This document shows positions 53,908 to 63,419 of a stretch of DNA of 64,000 bases, piece by piece. Position 1 is the stretch's first letter. Each line of letters starts with the position of its first letter. The notes beneath the pieces are model-generated. The model was not told the origin of the DNA. It worked only from the letters and a program-made list of their open reading frames with translations, and ran no database searches. The stretch lies in NCBI RefSeq assembly GCF_049075655.1, contig NZ_CP157522.1, positions 1,536,001-1,600,000 of the forward strand, given 5' to 3'. The DNA comes from Methanothermococcus sp. Ax23. GTDB taxonomy: Archaea > AGJL01 > Methanococci > Methanococcales > Methanococcaceae. The position numbers were made by a program, and so were the translations under genes.

Positions 53908-54030
53908 GCATTCACCTTTTTTCTTTTTAATATCGTTCTTTCTTAATTTTTTTATTTTATTTCTTCTTCTTTATTCTTCAATATTATTTCTTATTAATTT
54001 TTTATTCTCTCCTTCATACTTTTTTCTTCT

Positions 54031-54537
54031 TTATTTCTTTTCTTCTTTAAGCATTCTCGAAAGATTTATTGAAAGAATATTTGCTATCTTTTTCAACTGT
54101 TCCTCTGGAATATCCACAGGTTTTTCAAACATTTTAGTTAAATCAACTTCAATATATTCATCCCCAACGTGCCTTGGATGAATGGGAGATATTTCATTAA
54201 ATATGGAAAATACCGGGCAGAAATCATGACAGTATAAACAATAGATACATCTTTCATCATCTATTACAGGAATTGATTTTTTTATGTAATTTTCAGTTAT
54301 TTTTACAGGCTCTATTCCCACCATCTTAATACATCCCGTTGGGCAGGCATTGGCACATCCTCTACATCCAATGCAGAGCTCCTCAAACACACTCCTTGGA
54401 AGCTTCACTCCTGATAGTATATTATTTCTCATTTCCATTGAAGTATATCTATCCGTTCCAAAAATTATTCGTTCCAGATTTTCATAAAATCCAGAAATGA
54501 ATATTTTTGCAAGATTTTTAAAAGATGGATTGTTCAT
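54031..54537 (-). CDS. ehbL: Ehb 2[4Fe-4S] subunit (NuoI-like)
   Basis: CIGCRGCANACP and CIYCLYCHDFCP. Confidence 0.82.
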   Translation of the reverse strand: MNNPSFKNLAKIFISGFYENLERIIFGTDRYTSMEMRNNILSGVKLPRSVFEELCIGCRGCANACPTGCIKMVGIEPVKITENYIKKSIPVIDDERCIYCLYCHDFCPVFSIFNEISPIHPRHVGDEYIEVDLTKMFEKPVDIPEEQLKKIANILSINLSRMLKEEKK

Positions 54538-54572
54538 AATATGCACCTTCAATAAGAATTAATCTTTTTATT

Positions 54573-56045
54573 TTATTTTTCAACCCATTTTCTGTATATT
54601 GAAATAGCATGAGTAGGGCAGATATTTGCACATGCTGAACAGAATTCACATTTATCCCAATCAAATTTACCCTTATCTACGGCATCATTTGGACAGATTT
54701 TGTTGCATAATCCACAAAATACGCAGAAATCAAAGTCAGTTCTAATAAATGAGTTGTCCCTATCGATAATATTTTTATATCCTGTGGTATTTGGAATTAC
54801 GTCTCTTGGGCAGTGTATAGCACAGTTTTCACACATTATGCAGTTCTCATCAAATACAACTTCTCTTTTAATTGATTTGCAGATTTCGTTTTTGAATTTT
54901 ATAATTTTCACAGTAATTGCATCCCTTGGACATACATTTGAACAAGTTCCGCATCCTATGCAGTTTTCATCCTTAATCACATCGAATCTTTTAATTTCCT
55001 CTATACTTATGGCATCCTTTGGACAGACATCTATACATATACCGCATAAAACACAACCACCATCTACAACTTCCCCTTTGTTAATTCTAACTCCCTGCGG
55101 ACATACATTTACACAGGCATTGCATAATTTACAGGAGCTTGGGTCATAAAGCACCTTGTTGTTCTCAATCTTTAAAGCACCAGCTGGGCATTTGTCGGCG
55201 CATAAACCGCAATTTATACAGTGTTTTAATGGTATGGTTTTTTTGTCCTCTTTAATTTTAACTACCTTAAAGTTTGATATTTGTAGGGCATCCTTTGGAC
55301 ATTTTTCAATACAGTTTCCGCACAATATACAGGTTTCAGTATCCACTTCACCACAGTTTATGGCATCCTTTGGACAGACATCTCCACAAATATTGCATCT
55401 TGTGCATCCATCTACTTCCTCTTTTTCCAATATCGTGTTTTTTGGACATAGATATACACATTTTCCACATTCTGCACATTTTTCCCTATCTATGTTTATT
55501 GAAACTCTAACTTCCATCAACCTAGAATTCGGTTTGCTCTCTATATGTCCTATATCACTTATTTCATTACCTTTGATTGTCCCTCTGTTGAACATACTTA
55601 AATATCGTTCTGCCAGAGCTCTGTTCTTTTTACTCTTCAAATCTTTTAGATTAAAATACATTCTTGCATCGTAGGGACAAACTTCGGCACATAATCCACA
55701 CATTACACAAATTCCATCAGGATATGAAAACTCCCTTTTATTGTTATTTACGATTTTTTCCTCTTTTTTCATCACAATTATATTTATTGGACAGGCTTTT
55801 TCACAGGTTCCACAGCCGTTGCATCTTCGCCTATCTACATAATATCCGCCAAATTCATTCTTTTTTATGGCGTTGTTTGGGCATTCCCTTGCACAAGTTC
55901 CACATGTGATGCAGGAAAATGCTTTATTATCCATTAATCTAATGGCATTTGTGGGACATACCTTCATACATTTTGAAGATTCCTTAAATGGACAAGTTTC
56001 GCACTTTTCAATGCCTCTACATTTGCTTATATCCGTTATAATCAT
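54573..56045 (-). CDS. ehbK: Ehb-associated polyferredoxin
   Basis: About 14 CxxCxxCxxxCP-type motifs. Confidence 0.85.
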   Translation of the reverse strand: MIITDISKCRGIEKCETCPFKESSKCMKVCPTNAIRLMDNKAFSCITCGTCARECPNNAIKKNEFGGYYVDRRRCNGCGTCEKACPINIIVMKKEEKIVNNNKREFSYPDGICVMCGLCAEVCPYDARMYFNLKDLKSKKNRALAERYLSMFNRGTIKGNEISDIGHIESKPNSRLMEVRVSINIDREKCAECGKCVYLCPKNTILEKEEVDGCTRCNICGDVCPKDAINCGEVDTETCILCGNCIEKCPKDALQISNFKVVKIKEDKKTIPLKHCINCGLCADKCPAGALKIENNKVLYDPSSCKLCNACVNVCPQGVRINKGEVVDGGCVLCGICIDVCPKDAISIEEIKRFDVIKDENCIGCGTCSNVCPRDAITVKIIKFKNEICKSIKREVVFDENCIMCENCAIHCPRDVIPNTTGYKNIIDRDNSFIRTDFDFCVFCGLCNKICPNDAVDKGKFDWDKCEFCSACANICPTHAISIYRKWVEK

Positions 56046-56173
56046 AATATCACATAATATTATTTTACTATTTTAATTATTTTTTAACACATCTCGTTTA
56101 TTATTGGTCAAATCATTAATTAATCAAACATTAATAAATTAAAGGTAATCCAATAATATGCCGGCGTTTTTAA

Positions 56174-56425
56174 TTAATTCCTCTTAAACATCATATTTAT
56201 CAGATTTCCAAATAATAGCCCTACCATCGACAATATAAATGAATAAGACATTGGGAAATTATAGTAAGGGAGAGCTCCCAATAAATAGGCAACAAACACT
56301 CCTACAATTAGATAAAACAACATATTTAATTTCATATTTATCTTTATTCCTAGCATAAAGCCCACAAACATCCCCACCAATGGCAAAAACATGGTATTTA
56401 TTGTAATTAATCCATAGTTTATCAT
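56174..56425 (-). CDS. Small Ehb membrane subunit
   Basis: 83-aa hydrophobic ORF in the operon, GGTGA RBS. Confidence 0.65.
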   Translation of the reverse strand: MINYGLITINTMFLPLVGMFVGFMLGIKINMKLNMLFYLIVGVFVAYLLGALPYYNFPMSYSFILSMVGLLFGNLINMMFKRN

Positions 56426-56452
56426 AATATCACCATTTGCAATATATTTGCA

Positions 56453-57232
56453 TTAATCTGCAATGTTCTTCATGATGACCTTTTCACCAGTTAATAATGT
56501 AGTAATTGTAGATAATCCAGCCAATACCTTTAAACCCACTGCTGTGTTTAGATAAGGTATTATCCCAACATTTTCCAAACCTGCTGGTGATGGAAATATA
56601 TTCATCCCAAAGAGACTGTCAAAATTAAACAGGTAATATCCTGAAACCACAATACCCAATATTCCAAATATGAGAAATGTCAGAGCTCCGAAACTTTCAA
56701 GGGTTTCCAAAAATTTATGGTTGAAATTCATCGGACAATCTTTTATTCCAAATGAAATAATTGCCAATATGTAGGCGGCGGCTATCAATGAACCTCCTTG
56801 AAATCCTCCTCCTGGTGTGATATGCCCCCCAAGAATCACGACTATTCCAAGAATCATCAATATTATACTCATAGGCATTGCTAAAACTTTAATTATTGGA
56901 GTAAATCCTCCCATATCATCAATATTTTTAGCCAGTTTATCATTTTGATTTCCATAAACTTCTTTAAGAAATTCTGAATTAAACAGCCCTCTTCCAAACA
57001 CCATTCCTGTGACAAGAACTGAGTTAATCAATATCAAACATTCTCCAAGTGTATCAAATCCTCTCCAATCAAATAAAACTGCACTTACAAGATTTGGTAT
57101 AATATCGGTATGAGTATATATGGCATTTACTCCCTCAACTACATTTATACTATAAACGGAATAAAATATCGCCGCACCAAAGAACATAAAGGATAGTGAA
57201 ACTGCAATTTCCCTATTAACAGATACAGGCAT
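56453..57232 (-). CDS. ehbI: Ehb MnhB-like membrane subunit
   Basis: PNLVSAVLFDWRGFDTLGE, GGHITPGGGFQGG. Confidence 0.8.
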   Translation of the reverse strand: MPVSVNREIAVSLSFMFFGAAIFYSVYSINVVEGVNAIYTHTDIIPNLVSAVLFDWRGFDTLGECLILINSVLVTGMVFGRGLFNSEFLKEVYGNQNDKLAKNIDDMGGFTPIIKVLAMPMSIILMILGIVVILGGHITPGGGFQGGSLIAAAYILAIISFGIKDCPMNFNHKFLETLESFGALTFLIFGILGIVVSGYYLFNFDSLFGMNIFPSPAGLENVGIIPYLNTAVGLKVLAGLSTITTLLTGEKVIMKNIAD

Positions 57233-57305
57233 AATATCACCAATGAACATAAATATTAAAATTTAATATTAATATATAAATATATATTTATTTTTGGTAT
57301 CTTTT

Positions 57306-57614
57306 TTATTTGGCAAAGTATATTACAACCGATAGAATGCCAACAAACATAGATATCCAGAATAACTGCATGTTTATATGATTTGAATTTTCCTTATTGA
57401 ATTTAAATAACATAGGCATGAATGAAATGGCAATTCCGATTATGGAAACTCCCATAATTGCAAATAATATGTCGCTGAATACCCGAGATAATAGCAATAC
57501 GGACATAACTAAAAAACCATATAAGGTTAATTCGCCAGTTAGTCCTGCACCAACGGATATTCCGTCCCCATGTTCTTCTTTTTCCATTTCCTTTTGAAAT
57601 TTATCATATTCCAT
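57306..57614 (-). CDS. Small Ehb membrane subunit (EhbG-like)
   Basis: Hydrophobic ORF between the MnhD-like and MnhB-like genes. Confidence 0.6.
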   Translation of the reverse strand: MEYDKFQKEMEKEEHGDGISVGAGLTGELTLYGFLVMSVLLLSRVFSDILFAIMGVSIIGIAISFMPMLFKFNKENSNHINMQLFWISMFVGILSVVIYFAK

Positions 57615-57688
57615 ACAATACCACCACAATTATTTAATAACATATTGTTTCAGCCAACTTAATCAATGCATGACACCTATAACTACTA

Positions 57689-59134
57689 TTAAAATGTCCA
57701 AATTCTTCCAATTTCATTTGCATAAGGAGCTATTTGATTTACTACAATATCTGGATAGATACCCAATATAATACATAATATCGTCAATACCGCTAATGAG
57801 AATATGGAGTATCTTGAAACCTTAATATTTTTATATTCTTCAATCTGCTCTTCACTACATGGTTTTAAGAATATTAAGTAAAATGCCTTCATCATTGAAA
57901 CGAATGTTCCTACACTAACCAATATCATTATAACTGCAAGTTCTGGCATATTTACACTCATAGCCGCTTCTGCAAGTAATAATTTACTTTGAAATCCATT
58001 AAATGGTGGAACACCACTTATTGCAAGTTTTGCACATAATATCATAAATGCAACTGTTGGCATAATAGGTAAAAGCCCACCAAGTTTTGCCAAATTTGAT
58101 GAATGTTTTTGACTAACTATGTGAGCTCCTAAGAACAATGCACTCTTATAAATAACGTGGTTTATTGCATGGAATATTCCTGCTATAATGCCCAATGGTG
58201 TTCCAATGGCAAGCCCTGCTGCAACATAACCCCCTTGACTTATGGCGTGATATGAAAGAAGTTTTTTATAATCACTTTGCAACAATGCCATCACAACACC
58301 AAATACCATCCCAAATATTGATAATGCAATCAATGCACCATGGGCAGTGTTGAAGTAAGATAGACCGCCGAATAATTTGAAGATTACAAGCATTACTGCC
58401 ACAAGGACAAACTTTGAATATGTTTGCAACATTGAAGCCACAAATGGTTTTGCCCTAGCATATATATCCGCTTTAACTGTGTGAAATGGTGGAAGACCGC
58501 CACCATAGCACAAACCTATAATTAACATCAATAATCCGCCATATATAGTAGGAGTTGCCGGATTATTTGCAAGATAGTTGTGCATGTCGCTTATATTAAG
58601 GGTTCCTGTTGCAGATAGTAAAAATGCTATACCCAACAATAACAATGAACCAGCCACAGTTCCCATTATCATATATCTAAATGCCGCTTTGTATGCCTTT
58701 TCTGTTCCAGAGGCTATTACCAATCCTGTTTGAGCTATTGCCGCAATCTCATAAAATACATATATATTGAAAAGGTCATCTGCCAAAACCACTGCTGAAA
58801 CACTGGCAAGTCCCATTAATAGCAAGGATACAAATAATCCGTTTAATTTTTTTTCACCCATTCCAGCAATAAGCACCAATGAACCTATTAACATTAATGT
58901 GAAAATCATTACCTGCTTTGCTGGATTGAATATATATGATATTCCCGAGATTAACCCACTTTCTACACCATGAGCTCCGAAGAAATATGTTCCATAGCCC
59001 CCAAGGAATGGAAGAATTACAAGAGATAATGCCATCAAAAGTGCTAAAATTCTAATTGCCTTACTTTTATAAATATAATTAAAGATTATCGCCATAATTA
59101 ATGGAAACACTACAATTAACGGTAGCAGATTCAT
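57689..59134 (-). CDS. ehbF: Ehb ion-translocating subunit (MnhD/NuoL-like)
   Basis: DDLFNIYVFYE, LPPFH, KKLLSYHAISQ, HVIYKSALF, GVPPFNGFQSK. Confidence 0.85.
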   Translation of the reverse strand: MNLLPLIVVFPLIMAIIFNYIYKSKAIRILALLMALSLVILPFLGGYGTYFFGAHGVESGLISGISYIFNPAKQVMIFTLMLIGSLVLIAGMGEKKLNGLFVSLLLMGLASVSAVVLADDLFNIYVFYEIAAIAQTGLVIASGTEKAYKAAFRYMIMGTVAGSLLLLGIAFLLSATGTLNISDMHNYLANNPATPTIYGGLLMLIIGLCYGGGLPPFHTVKADIYARAKPFVASMLQTYSKFVLVAVMLVIFKLFGGLSYFNTAHGALIALSIFGMVFGVVMALLQSDYKKLLSYHAISQGGYVAAGLAIGTPLGIIAGIFHAINHVIYKSALFLGAHIVSQKHSSNLAKLGGLLPIMPTVAFMILCAKLAISGVPPFNGFQSKLLLAEAAMSVNMPELAVIMILVSVGTFVSMMKAFYLIFLKPCSEEQIEEYKNIKVSRYSIFSLAVLTILCIILGIYPDIVVNQIAPYANEIGRIWTF

Positions 59135-59170
59135 TCTTTTCACCATATTATTTTACTAAATAATTAAACA

Positions 59171-59530
59171 TTAATCTTCCTTTAATATAATCGACGCTTT
59201 AAGAGTTCTATATTTTTTATAAAATACTATGGAGAGTGCAAGCATTATAGCAAGCATTGAAGCTTCAATAACAATATTTGTTAATACAAGGGCATGAGGG
59301 AGTGGATAAACTGCTTTTGTGGCAAACACTGTAAATTCCAAACTGGGCATTTTAATGGGAACGATTCCGCCAGTCTTGTATCCGATAGCAATCAATGTTA
59401 AATTTACCCCATTTCCAAGTGCAGACAGGGCTATAATTTTTTTTAAAACATTATCTACAAAGAAAACACCATATAATCCTACAATAGCCAAAATCCCCGC
59501 GGCTATAAATGATGCAAGTTGCAAATCCAT
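59171..59530 (-). CDS. ehbE: Ehb MnhC-like subunit
   Basis: NVLKKIIAL, PLPHALVLTNIVI. Confidence 0.8.
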   Translation of the reverse strand: MDLQLASFIAAGILAIVGLYGVFFVDNVLKKIIALSALGNGVNLTLIAIGYKTGGIVPIKMPSLEFTVFATKAVYPLPHALVLTNIVIEASMLAIMLALSIVFYKKYRTLKASIILKED

Positions 59531-59760
59531 ATTCATCACCAAAAAGGAAAAATTATTAATAAGAAAATATAATAATGATAATAAATATAACAATTCAAAT
59601 TTGTATTTGTTCATTATATTGTGGCACTGATATGATGATATATGATATAATGATGTATGAACCTATAAATAATTTGTCATTAATTATAATGATAAATATT
59701 TTTTAAAATATATAAATATTATGGTAATGAATCAGAAGCATTAATTTTATCGTCAAAAAG

Positions 59761-60309
59761 GTGAGAACTTTGGATATAAAACCGATTTTAGAGGAATATT
59801 TAAAAGATTGCAAAAAACTCGCCATAATGGGCATTGGAAATACTATGAAAGGGGATGATGGCTTTGGCATATTAATAATTGAAAATTTAGTAAAATACTA
59901 TAAAAATAAATATAATCTAAATCCCAACAATGAAGTAAATAAGATAGGAGATAAAATTATACTTCTAAATTGTGGGGTGGTTCCAGAAAATTTTACAGAT
60001 GTTTTAAAACGAGAAAATCCGAGTAATATATTGATAATTGATGCTGCATTGATGGGAGAGGTGCCTGGAACATTAAATATCGTGAATAGTGAAGATATAT
60101 CAGAAATAGGATTTTCCACGCACTCATTACCTATGAGCGTAATAGTTAAATACTTGACACATTATATAAATACCGAAATACTTATAATAGGTATTGAACC
60201 AGAAAATATAGATTTTGGAAAACCATTATCAAAAAAAATTTATGAAAAAAATTTAAAATTTACAGAGATGCTTATCGATTTATTAGATTCTTTTTTGGAA
60301 AATAGATAA
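59761..60309 (+). CDS. hycI: Hydrogenase maturation protease
   Basis: GIGNTMKGDDGFG, PEN, IIDAA, STHSLP. Confidence 0.9.
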   Translation: MRTLDIKPILEEYLKDCKKLAIMGIGNTMKGDDGFGILIIENLVKYYKNKYNLNPNNEVNKIGDKIILLNCGVVPENFTDVLKRENPSNILIIDAALMGEVPGTLNIVNSEDISEIGFSTHSLPMSVIVKYLTHYINTEILIIGIEPENIDFGKPLSKKIYEKNLKFTEMLIDLLDSFLENR

Positions 60310-60355
60310 ATTAATTAAATTAATTAAAATAAAAATTAATTAGCAAGGTGAATAA

Positions 60356-62440
60356 ATGTTTTCCATTAAATTTAAAACAACAGATGAACTGCCGGAGCCT
60401 TCGCCACGATTAATAGACCAAATAATAGGTCAGGACGAGGCTCTTAATATTGTATTAAGTGCAGTTAATAATAAAAGACATGCACTGCTCTTGGGAGACC
60501 CAGGAGTTGGTAAATCCATGATGGTTAAAGCAGTAGGGGACCTCATAGAAAAATCCAGCTCCGACTTTAAACCATATACAATACTAGCAAAACCAAATTT
60601 AAAAAACTCTGAAAAACCCATTGTAGAATTAATTGAGGGCCCTTATGAAGAAAAGGTTGAAGTTACAAAACCAAGTGTAGTTAAACAGCCACCGAACATA
60701 TTAACTATGATATTATTTATGATTGTATTCACTGCAATTACATCATATTTAATGAGGGGACTTCCAGAATCAAAGGTCCTTGGTGTAATAGCAACCGTCT
60801 CAATTGTAGCATTTGCCTTAGCATTTGTGGTTATTTTTTTAACGATATTTGGAGCCACAAAAGGTTCCATGTCAAATACAGTTAGCCCTATGGACTTAAA
60901 ACCTGTTGTGCTTTATGAATGCAAAAAACGACCTCTTGTGAGGGCAAGTGCCTATAATGTAACTAAACTATTAGGAGATGTTAAACACTGCCCTCTTGGA
61001 GGTAAGCCACCACTTGGAACTCCACCCCATAAGAGGATAATTCTTGGGGCAATACATGAGGCACATAAAGGAATTCTCTATGTAGATGAGATAAAAACCA
61101 TGCCACCAGAAGTTCAGGATTATATATTGACCGCATTACAGGACAAGCACCTTGCAATAAGTGGTAGAAATCCAAATTCAAGTGGGGCAACTGTTGAAAC
61201 AAATCCAATACCTTGTGATTTCACATTGATAATGTCGGGGAACATGGATGATGTTAATAACCTAAGAGCTCCGCTACTTGATAGGGTTGATTACAAAATT
61301 GTTCTTAAAAATAAAATGGAAAACACTCAGGAAAACAGGGACAAATTATTACAGTTTATAGTTCAGGAGATAAGAAATAACAATTTAAATCCAATGACTT
61401 ATGAAGCATGCTGTGAAATAGTTAAAATAGCCCAGTTGCTTGCAGGTTCAAAGGATAAATTAACTTTAAGGCTGAGAAGATTGTCAAATATTATAAAGAT
61501 GGCAAATGACATTGCAATGGGTAGAAATATAAAGGATATAATTAATGAGATGTCAGAAGCTGGGGTCGAAGAAATAGAAAACGAAGCTAAGGGACGTGAA
61601 GAGACAGCAGAAGATGATAAAAAACTAAAAAGCATCATGGGAGTGCTAAATAAAATAACAGAAAAAGATAAGGTGGAAAAAGAAGGAATGGAAAAAGGAA
61701 ATCCTACAATTAAAAAAGTTCAGAAGCACTCAGAAAAAGAAAAAATCTATATAGATATTGAACATGTTGCCGCTGTTGTAAATACAGGTATATACAGCAT
61801 GACCAAACAAGTGGCTATCGACTACCTGAGGAACTTTAAAAGATATAAAAACATCGTTCCAAATGATACTCCAAAGGTTGGTGTTGTGCATGGTCTCGCT
61901 GTGCTTGGTTCCGATGGTATCGGAGATGTAACAAAAATAATCACTCAAATAATTGATTCAAAGAACCCGAATACTCATTTACTAAACATTAGTGGTGACC
62001 TTGCAAAGCACAGCATTACTTTGGCATCTGCATTATCTAAAAAATATGTATCTGAGGGTAAATTACCTTTAAAATCAGAGGAAGATATTGATTTAAATTC
62101 AAAAGAAATATATATACAATTTAGTCAATCCTACTCAAAAATTGATGGAGATAGTGCAACTGCGGCGGTTTGCCTAAGTATAATTTCATCACTCCTGAAA
62201 ATTCCATTGAAACAGGATTTTGCAATAACAGGAAGCCTCGATTTAAACGGTAATATACTTGCCATAGGCGGAGTAAATGAAAAGATAAATGCCGCAAAAG
62301 AATATGGATTTAAAAGAGTAATCGTCCCAGAATCGAATATGATTGATGTAATAGATACGGAAGGAATTCAGATAATTCCTGCTAAAACCTTGGAAGAAAT
62401 AATTCCTCTAGTATTTGAAAGCAATCCCTTAAAAAATTAA
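60356..62440 (+). CDS. lonB: Membrane-anchored archaeal Lon protease (LonB)
   Basis: IIGQDEA, GDPGVGKS, two TM helices inside the AAA domain, AHKGILYVDEI, DGDSA, IGGVNEKI. Confidence 0.95.
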   Translation: MFSIKFKTTDELPEPSPRLIDQIIGQDEALNIVLSAVNNKRHALLLGDPGVGKSMMVKAVGDLIEKSSSDFKPYTILAKPNLKNSEKPIVELIEGPYEEKVEVTKPSVVKQPPNILTMILFMIVFTAITSYLMRGLPESKVLGVIATVSIVAFALAFVVIFLTIFGATKGSMSNTVSPMDLKPVVLYECKKRPLVRASAYNVTKLLGDVKHCPLGGKPPLGTPPHKRIILGAIHEAHKGILYVDEIKTMPPEVQDYILTALQDKHLAISGRNPNSSGATVETNPIPCDFTLIMSGNMDDVNNLRAPLLDRVDYKIVLKNKMENTQENRDKLLQFIVQEIRNNNLNPMTYEACCEIVKIAQLLAGSKDKLTLRLRRLSNIIKMANDIAMGRNIKDIINEMSEAGVEEIENEAKGREETAEDDKKLKSIMGVLNKITEKDKVEKEGMEKGNPTIKKVQKHSEKEKIYIDIEHVAAVVNTGIYSMTKQVAIDYLRNFKRYKNIVPNDTPKVGVVHGLAVLGSDGIGDVTKIITQIIDSKNPNTHLLNISGDLAKHSITLASALSKKYVSEGKLPLKSEEDIDLNSKEIYIQFSQSYSKIDGDSATAAVCLSIISSLLKIPLKQDFAITGSLDLNGNILAIGGVNEKINAAKEYGFKRVIVPESNMIDVIDTEGIQIIPAKTLEEIIPLVFESNPLKN

Positions 62441-62583
62441 TTAATATTTTTATATTTTATTTTTTTTACAACTTCACCATACGGTAATTTCCTTCCGTTT
62501 AGGAACCTATATATAGGAAAAATAATGTAATTAATAAAATATTTTTAAAAAATTTTATTGGTGAATAAAATGGATGAAGTTTT

Positions 62584-62894
62584 GGGGTCTGTCCAATGTG
62601 AGCGTTGGTGAGTAAATGCCCACATTGGACTTGGGCGTCATCAACCTTATATCCCTCTGGGTTCATTGGGAGCATGTCATCGGTCTCCTCCCCTGTCGTG
62701 GGGACCCCAGCTCCACCCATCAATTCGACAATTTGTTGGATGTTTTAACATGTTTAAAAGAGGTTTAGGAAAGTCTTGGAGTTGATTAGATTGACACTAT
62801 AAACTATGCATGAAAATACTATATAAACATTTCGAAAACTAAATGCTCCCATACACTCACAAATACTCACAAAAAACTAAACAGTTTTAAACGG
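62584..62894 (-). mobile_element. Non-autonomous IS607-type miniature element (311 bp, copy 2)
   Basis: Reverse complement of 51993-52303 with a handful of substitutions; GG at both junctions. Confidence 0.8.
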
Positions 62895-63092
62895 CAAATG
62901 TGTATATTACAAAAGAGAATGGAGAAAAAGAGAAATTTGATTTTGAAATTGTAAAGGAATCCCTAAGAAACGCTGGAGCGGATGAATCCCTCGTAGATGA
63001 TGTAATAAAAAGAATTGAAAATAGAATTCATGATGAGCTCACCACAGCAGAATTAAAGATGATGATTATAATGGTATTAAGAAGAATAAATA

Positions 63093-63373
63093 GTCAGCTA
63101 CCAACGGATAAATCCGTTGGCTTGCCCTTCCAACTCCCTCAATAATAAGGGCGGAGGACATTAGGCTGGCTGACAGGTCAGCCCTGCATTATTTTAATAA
63201 TAAACCCTTTCTAACCGTACCCACTCTATTGAGTTTCGTGCCTTAGGGTATGATTAATACTATTACATCTATATTATATAAATTTTTTTGGCATTCCTCC
63301 CATCTCGTAAGAGATTTTACAAAACATTGTTTTGTATAACGATTGAAATCGTGGGCTTCCTGCCTAATAATTC
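63093..63373 (-). mobile_element. Non-autonomous IS200/IS605-type miniature element (family 2, copy 2)
   Basis: Minus strand: TTCAC target, left end, TATA, structured segment, ccaacgga-ttta-tccgttgg-tagctgac right end; no target duplication. Confidence 0.82.
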
Positions 63374-63419
63374 GTGAAGTAGCTCAGCAATATACTACAA
63401 ACCATTCATAAATCTTATT

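Larger units (their letters stand above)
62570..63411 (+). pseudogene. Small ATP-cone domain gene (83 aa when reconstructed) interrupted by two miniature elements
   Basis: GGTGA RBS and ATG 62570; removing both inserts gives MDEVLANVYITKENGEKEKFD...TTAELKMMIIMVLRRINSEVAQQYTTNHS*. Confidence 0.8.

Noticed and set aside
54700-56076. Several plus-strand ORFs opposite the polyferredoxin, and similar antisense ORFs throughout the window
   Set aside because: Shadow frames of well-supported genes on the other strand
52468-59530. Ehb cluster lacking the large catalytic subunit as a defective hydrogenase
   Set aside because: In methanococci ehb genes are known to be dispersed, with the large subunit encoded elsewhere
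60356-62440. Intein in LonB (charged insertion after the AAA domain)
   Set aside because: No intein splice motifs (N-terminal Cys/Ser block, C-terminal His-Asn) or LAGLIDADG motifs seen
62499-62723. 74-aa ORF inside the IS607-type element
   Set aside because: Extends beyond the element boundary and has no recognisable motif; copy 1 has a different ending
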